From positions 1,290,001 to 1,322,000 of the forward strand of contig NZ_CP019633.1 in NCBI RefSeq assembly GCF_001997385.1: a stretch of 32,000 bases of DNA, read 5' to 3'. The number at the start of each line of letters is the position of its first letter. Positions within the stretch are counted from its first letter, which is position 1. A program made the translations under genes and the position numbers. The stretch is from Sedimentisphaera cyanobacteriorum (GTDB taxonomy: Bacteria; Planctomycetota; Phycisphaerae; Sedimentisphaerales; Sedimentisphaeraceae). Below the pieces are notes generated by a model. That model did not search any database. It was not told where the DNA came from and worked only from the letters and a program-made list of their open reading frames with translations. Below, piece after piece: positions 27,186 to 32,000 of this stretch.

Positions 27186-28717
27186 TTAGACAATCTGCTT
27201 GGGGTATATGTTGTATTTTTTGATTTTGTAGCCCATCATCCTTTCTGTAAGCCCGAGCTGCTGGGCTGCCTTTCTCTGCTGGCCTCTGTTTTTCTTCAAG
27301 GCATCAACTATCATCTCCCTTTCGAAATTTTCCACCATCTCAGGCAGCGTTCTCCCCGGTGTTTTATGAGCTGCGGCCTCTTCAAACTGAAGCGAGGGGG
27401 GGAGGTGTTCACTTCGAATCACCTCTTCATTACAGAGCAGGACCGCCCTTTCAATGCAGTTTTCCAGCTCCCTTATATTCCCGGGCCAGTGGTAGCTTGT
27501 CAGCATATTGATAGCTGGGGTGGAAAGGCGTGTGATGTTTTTGCTGTTTTCTTTGCTGTATTTCTCAAGGAAGTAGTCTGCGAGGAGCATAATGTCATCC
27601 TTGCGTTCTCTGAGCGGTGGAAGGAAGATTGGGAAAACGTTGATCCTGTAGTATAGGTCTTCGCGGAAAACGCCGTTTTTGATATCTTCCTCGAGGTTGC
27701 GGTTTGTTGCAACTACAATTCGTACGTTTGTCTTTATTGTTTCGTTCCCTCCAACTCTCTCAAACTCCTTGAACTGTATTGCCCGAAGGAGCTTCACCTG
27801 AAGGTTCAGCGAGAAATCGCCAATCTCATCGAGGAATATTGTGCCTCCGTTTGCCCGTTCAAAGCGCCCGATTTTCCTGTCTGAAGCGCCTGTGAACGCC
27901 CTTTTTCATGCCCGAAAAGCTCGCTCTCCAGAAGCGATTCAGGAAGGGCTGTGCAATTTATCTTTATAAACGGCTTATCTGCTCTGAGGCTGCTGTAGTG
28001 GATTGCGTGGGCGATAAGGTCTTTACCTGTCCCGCTCTCGCCCCTTATCATAACAGTAGCATTGCTTTGGGCAACCTGCTCCACGAGACGGAAAACCTCC
28101 TGCATAGCGTTGCTCGAGCCTATCATATTGTGTATTTTGAAACGGTTTCTCAGCTGCTGACGAAGCTTGAGGTTTTCCTCCTGCCAGCCGCGTTTCTCCT
28201 TTGTGTAGAGGTCGTTTATCTTAACTGCCTGGCCAACCATCGTTGCTATAACGTTCAGGATTCTTGCGTCGTTTTGAAGGCTTTTTCCAGAGCTGGTTTC
28301 CTTGCTAACGCTCATCGCGCCGGCAGTTTTGCCTTCAACCTTTATCGGAACGCAGATAAATGCCATCTTCTTGTCTTCCTTAGGTTTTCTCTCGCCCGCT
28401 TTGGCGAGGAAGCGTTTGTCCTTCTGGATATCAGGCACAATCACCGGCTCGCCTGACTGATAAACTATGCCTGTTATCCCCTCACCCTCTCGGTATTCAA
28501 TCTGCTTTTGCAGCTCTGAATCAATATTATGAGCGACGGCTATTTTTATAGTTTCAGAATCAGGATCGAGCAGATTTATAGTTCCCATCTGAAGCGCCAT
28601 ATGCACCTCAAGGGCCTCGAGCACGCCTGCGAGTGTTCGTTTGAGTTCCAGCGATTCGGCAAGGGCTCGGGCTATACGGCTGAGCAGCTCGGTTTCGTGA
28701 ATCCGTCTGTAAGGCAT
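27186..28717 (-). pseudogene. GAF-domain sigma-54-dependent transcriptional activator (NifA-like architecture), split by a 1-nt frame break
   Basis: The upstream ORF holds a GAF domain and the start of the AAA+ domain ([29 protein letters not shown]). The downstream frame continues exactly with [42 protein letters not shown], then has the GAFTGA-type loop, [19 protein letters not shown] and a Fis-type HTH ([21 protein letters not shown]). The break lies in CCCTTTTT (27899-27906). The start ATG at 28717 has GAAGGAG 5 nt upstream. This could be a sequencing error rather than real decay. Confidence 0.85.
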
Positions 28718-28928
28718 AAAAGCTCCTTCACTTATTGAAATTGCAATTGGGTTTTTGAGTAAGCCTTTATCACCTAATCTATACAAATATGTAATTAGTT
28801 CAATTAAAAAATACTTTTTTGTTTATTGTTTTAATGAAAAATTCAAATTTAGCTCTTTTAATATATACTCTGCTTATGTATAATAAAAATTCAAAAACAG
28901 ATTCAATTTTTAAGCTGTCCGGCAAGGT

Positions 28929-28960
28929 TGTTTGTAAACACCTTAATGATATGTGTTTAT
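28929..28960. promoter_or_regulatory. Candidate activator binding site (upstream activating sequence)
   Basis: Palindrome TGTTT-GT-AAACA (28929-28940) plus inverted repeat TAAACAC-N11-GTGTTTA (28935-28959). It sits ~130 bp upstream of the -24/-12 element, in the regulator/glnN divergent region. Confidence 0.35.
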
Positions 28961-29074
28961 GTCAATTCTTTCTGCTGTATTGTATTCAAACCGGGCTGCG
29001 AACCCGCTGAGGGAGGGAATTGAGCGTTTCTTTCCCTGCTGATTTTTATATGCTTCAGCGGTTTTCGCCGTGTT

Positions 29075-29090
29075 TGGCACAGCAGTTGTT
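29075..29090 (+). promoter_or_regulatory. Sigma-54 (-24/-12) promoter candidate for glnN
   Basis: TGGCAC-AGCAG-TTGTT, compared with the consensus TGGCAC-N5-TTGCW (GT instead of GC at -12). It lies 57 nt upstream of the glnN ATG, next to a sigma-54 activator gene. Confidence 0.55.
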
Positions 29091-29146
29091 TCTGCTGGAG
29101 AGAAACAGAAAAAAACTTATTTTAATAATTACAGGAGCAGTAAAAA

Positions 29147-31264
29147 ATGAGTAAAGATGCCAAGAAGCCTTTAAGTGAGATGTTCGGGTCGTATGTGTTC
29201 AACGATGCGGTAATGCGTGAACGTCTTCCAAAGACTGTTTACAAGGCATTCAAGAAAACCGTGGAACTGGGCGAGCCGCTCGATTTGCAGGTAGCGGATG
29301 TTATTGCCAGTGCGATGAAAGACTGGGCAGTGGAGCTTGGTGCCACACACTACTGCCACTGGTTCCAGCCTATGACCGGAGCGACTGCGGAAAAGCATGA
29401 TTCGTTTATCTCCCCTACGCCTGAGGGAAGAATCATTATGGAATTCAGCGGCAAAGAGCTGATTCAGGGCGAACCGGATGCCTCAAGCTTTCCCAGCGGA
29501 GGGCTCAGGGCAACATTCGAGGCCCGCGGCTACACCGCCTGGGACTGCACAAGCCCGGTATTCTGCAAGAAAGACGGCGATAATGTAACTATGTTCATTC
29601 CCTGTGCGTTTATATCATACACAGGTCAGGTGCTTGATAAGAAAACCCCTCTTCTGCGTTCGATGGAAGCGATCGACAAACAGGCGACAAGGGTTTTAAA
29701 GGCCCTGGGCAACAAAACAAGCAGCAGAGTTAATTCTACTCTCGGCGCTGAGCAGGAATACTTCCTCGTTGACAAGGAATTTGTTGATAAAAGGCTCGAT
29801 CTGCTTGTTGCAGGGTGCACGCTTTTCGGCGAATCTCCCTCAAAGGGGCAGGAGCTCGACGACCACTATTTCGGTCAGATTGAATCACGCGTTGCCTCGT
29901 TTATGGCCTGCCTAAACCGCGAACTGTGGAAGCTCGGCATAACCGCCAAAACCCAGCATAACGAGGTGTCTCCGGCTCAGTATGAGATTGCTCCGGTGTT
30001 TGCCTCGGTTAATGTGGCAGTTGACCACAACCAGCTTACTATGGAAACGCTAAAGCGTGTGGCTAGAGAGCACGGCTTTGTATGTCTTCTCCACGAAAAG
30101 CCTTTCGCCGGCCTGAACGGCTCGGGCAAGCACAACAACTGGTCTATGAGCACAGATGACGGGATGAATCTGCTCAATCCGGGCGATACACCTCACGAAA
30201 ATATGCAGTTCCTCGTGTTCCTTTTTGCGGTTATAAGAGCTGTTGACAAATATGCAGACCTTCTGAGGACATCAGTAGCAAGTGCATCAAATGACCACCG
30301 CCTTGGAGCGAATGAAGCCCCTCCTGCGATTATAAGCGTCTTCCTCGGGGAACAGCTTACTGAAATATACGAGCAGATAAAATCCGGCGGGCCGGGCTCA
30401 TCCAAGGAGATGGGGCAGCTCAAGCTCGGGGTTTCCACTCTCCCCCAGCTGCCTCAGGACTGCACAGACAGAAACAGAACCTCGCCATTCGCATTCACCG
30501 GAAACCGCTTTGAATTCCGTATGCCGGGTTCGATTATGTCCCTTTCAGGCCCGAACTTTGTACTCAATACAATAGTGGCCGATGTACTCGAAGAGATGGC
30601 TGAGAAAATAGAAGAATTCTCTTCTGATTCATTCAATTCAGACGTTCAGAAGATGCTCAAAGAGTTTGCTGTAGAGCATGAAAAGGTAATATTTAACGGC
30701 GATAATTATACAGACCAGTGGGAGAAAGAGGCGGAAGAGAGAGGCCTGCCTAATCTGAAAAACACTGTGGATGCTCTTGCGAGCCTCGACAAGGAGAAGA
30801 ATATTTCTGTATTCGAAAGGCAAAAAGTTCTCAACAGCTCTGAGCTTTCCGCAAGGCAGGAGATTCTGTATGAACAGTATGCCAGTCTGCTGAATATCGA
30901 GGCGCTTGCTGCCTTGAATATGGCTAAGAGGGAGATCCTTCCGGCAGCCGTTAAATATTCCAGCCAAGTCGCATCATCTGTGAATACCGTAAGCTCTGCA
31001 GGTATAGAGCCGGCATCTCAGAAAAAACTTCTCGTGGAACTCAACGAAACTATCAGCGATCTGTCAAACGCTATCTCGCAGCTTGAAAATGCCTGCGGAG
31101 AGGCGAAAAACATAGAAGAACCTGCAGAATCTGCTAAATGCTACAGAGATAAGGTAATCCCTGCGATGACAGCCTTAAGAGAGGCGGCAGACAAAATTGA
31201 AGGAATGGTGGATGCACAGATTTGGCCTCTGCCTACATACGCTGACATGCTATTTAAGAGATAA
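29147..31264 (+). CDS. glnN: Glutamine synthetase type III
   Basis: 705 aa. It has the GSIII length and N-terminus ([38 protein letters not shown]) and catalytic-domain motifs ([31 protein letters not shown]). AGGAG lies before the ATG. Confidence 0.93.
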   Translation: MSKDAKKPLSEMFGSYVFNDAVMRERLPKTVYKAFKKTVELGEPLDLQVADVIASAMKDWAVELGATHYCHWFQPMTGATAEKHDSFISPTPEGRIIMEFSGKELIQGEPDASSFPSGGLRATFEARGYTAWDCTSPVFCKKDGDNVTMFIPCAFISYTGQVLDKKTPLLRSMEAIDKQATRVLKALGNKTSSRVNSTLGAEQEYFLVDKEFVDKRLDLLVAGCTLFGESPSKGQELDDHYFGQIESRVASFMACLNRELWKLGITAKTQHNEVSPAQYEIAPVFASVNVAVDHNQLTMETLKRVAREHGFVCLLHEKPFAGLNGSGKHNNWSMSTDDGMNLLNPGDTPHENMQFLVFLFAVIRAVDKYADLLRTSVASASNDHRLGANEAPPAIISVFLGEQLTEIYEQIKSGGPGSSKEMGQLKLGVSTLPQLPQDCTDRNRTSPFAFTGNRFEFRMPGSIMSLSGPNFVLNTIVADVLEEMAEKIEEFSSDSFNSDVQKMLKEFAVEHEKVIFNGDNYTDQWEKEAEERGLPNLKNTVDALASLDKEKNISVFERQKVLNSSELSARQEILYEQYASLLNIEALAALNMAKREILPAAVKYSSQVASSVNTVSSAGIEPASQKKLLVELNETISDLSNAISQLENACGEAKNIEEPAESAKCYRDKVIPAMTALREAADKIEGMVDAQIWPLPTYADMLFKR

Positions 31265-31300
31265 ACGGCATCTTAGAAATCACCTTAAAACATTTTATCA

Positions 31301-31330
31301 GCCGGCGGGTATTCTCGCCGGCATTTTTTT
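31301..31330 (+). terminator. Intrinsic terminator after glnN
   Basis: GCCGGCG-GGTATTCT-CGCCGGC followed by ATTTTTTT. Confidence 0.85.
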
Positions 31331-31682
31331 CGACAATTTCGGCGGCTGGTTCATATCTCAATCGCTGAGATCTGGGTGGAATAAAATCTACTGTCCACTT
31401 ATTCCGTACGCCGCAGAAGTACTATAAGCATACGTGGGTGCATAATTGACTGATTGCGCAAATTTTTGTTCGTTCTGAAAGTTTTATATCACAACATTGC
31501 TCTGATTTCACATATTTTTATTGAATGTTAAGCGATGCGGGGAAATATTATTGCCAACGCACCTGCAGGGCTGAGGATTTTGATATGGTTAAAATGGCAG
31601 TTTTTGTTAAAATACCCACTTCGGCAGACTCATTTATTGAGCAGATTAGGATTATTAGCCAAGCATAGAAAAAGGAGCTGAA

Positions 31683-32000
31683 TTGAGTATTTGGCGTTTT
31701 GAAATATCCAGCAAGATAGGCTGGCCGGACGTACACGGAAAGGCAGTTCTCGAGGAGATCAGGGAGCTGGGCATAGAAGGCGTTGAAAATGTGGAGTGCA
31801 CAAAGGTATTCCTTATAGAGGCGGATTTTGATGAGGCGTTTGCAGGACGAGTGGCAGATGAACTGCTCACCGACACTGTCTGCGAAGACTGCTTTTTGGG
31901 CAGGAGAACCGAGAAGGAAACCGAAAACCGCAGGATCGTGGAGGTTCATCTCAAAAGCGGTGTTACCGATTCGGTGGCCGGTTCTGTAACAGCTGCACTT
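31683..32000 (+). CDS. purL: N-terminus of a PurL-like phosphoribosylformylglycinamidine synthase (PurS-like lead domain), partial
   Basis: It is not in the ORF track because there is no stop in the window. TTG start at 31683, with AAGGAG (31672-31677) 5 nt upstream, and 106 open codons: SIWRFEISSKIGWPDVHGKAVLEEIRELGIEGVENVECTKVFLIEADFD...IVEVHLKSGVTDSVAGSVTAAL. This resembles the PurS-like N-terminal repeat of PVC-type FGAM synthases, from memory. Confidence 0.5.
   Translation, partial: MSIWRFEISSKIGWPDVHGKAVLEEIRELGIEGVENVECTKVFLIEADFDEAFAGRVADELLTDTVCEDCFLGRRTEKETENRRIVEVHLKSGVTDSVAGSVTAAL

Noticed and set aside
27908-28456. A 182-aa plus-strand ORF.
   Set aside because: It is antisense to the GAF/AAA+ regulator, and the sense-strand homology is continuous across it.
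28819-29010. A 63-aa ORF in the regulator/glnN intergenic region.
   Set aside because: The stretch is very AT-rich with a hydrophobic, low-complexity translation and no RBS. The region is better explained as promoter or UAS DNA.
31548-31949. 133-aa and 73-aa minus-strand ORFs.
   Set aside because: They are antisense to the open PurL-like reading frame, which has a good AAGGAG-N5-TTG start and runs off the window.

Overview
This looks like a chromosomal window from a PVC-superphylum bacterium. The 16S signatures and gene content suggest Planctomycetota, possibly Phycisphaerae-like, but that call is from memory and not from a search. Contents from left to right: (1) a partial FecR-type anti-sigma gene and its ECF sigma factor (-). 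(2) An AT-rich two-gene type II restriction-modification cassette (-). (3) pgi (-). (4) A terminator-bounded three-gene operon (-): a PilM-PilN fusion with a long periplasmic extension, plus two unrecognisable N-terminally anchored proteins, linked by repeated Gly-rich FDPFGG motifs. This is my best candidate for something undescribed. (5) Divergent mtaB (+). (6) An IS-scrambled stretch holding a 5'-truncated TolC-like gene, an IS5-family element, a ~30-codon toxin tail with a WapI-like immunity gene, a decayed IS3-family element and a 5'-truncated symporter-like gene. (7) A CBM9-like secreted protein. (8) An AraC regulator divergent from an operon of PIG-L deacetylase, GATase1-like protein, PPi-type phosphofructokinase and SIS-domain protein. 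(9) nth and a macro-domain protein. (10) A self-contained, unlinked 16S rRNA unit with promoter, boxA, processing stem and terminator, and no tRNA or 23S. (11) A frameshifted GAF/sigma-54 activator divergent from type III glutamine synthetase (glnN), which has a -24/-12 promoter. (12) The start of a PurL-like gene. I saw no CRISPR array and no tRNA. All family calls are made by eye from motifs and need HMM or BLAST confirmation.
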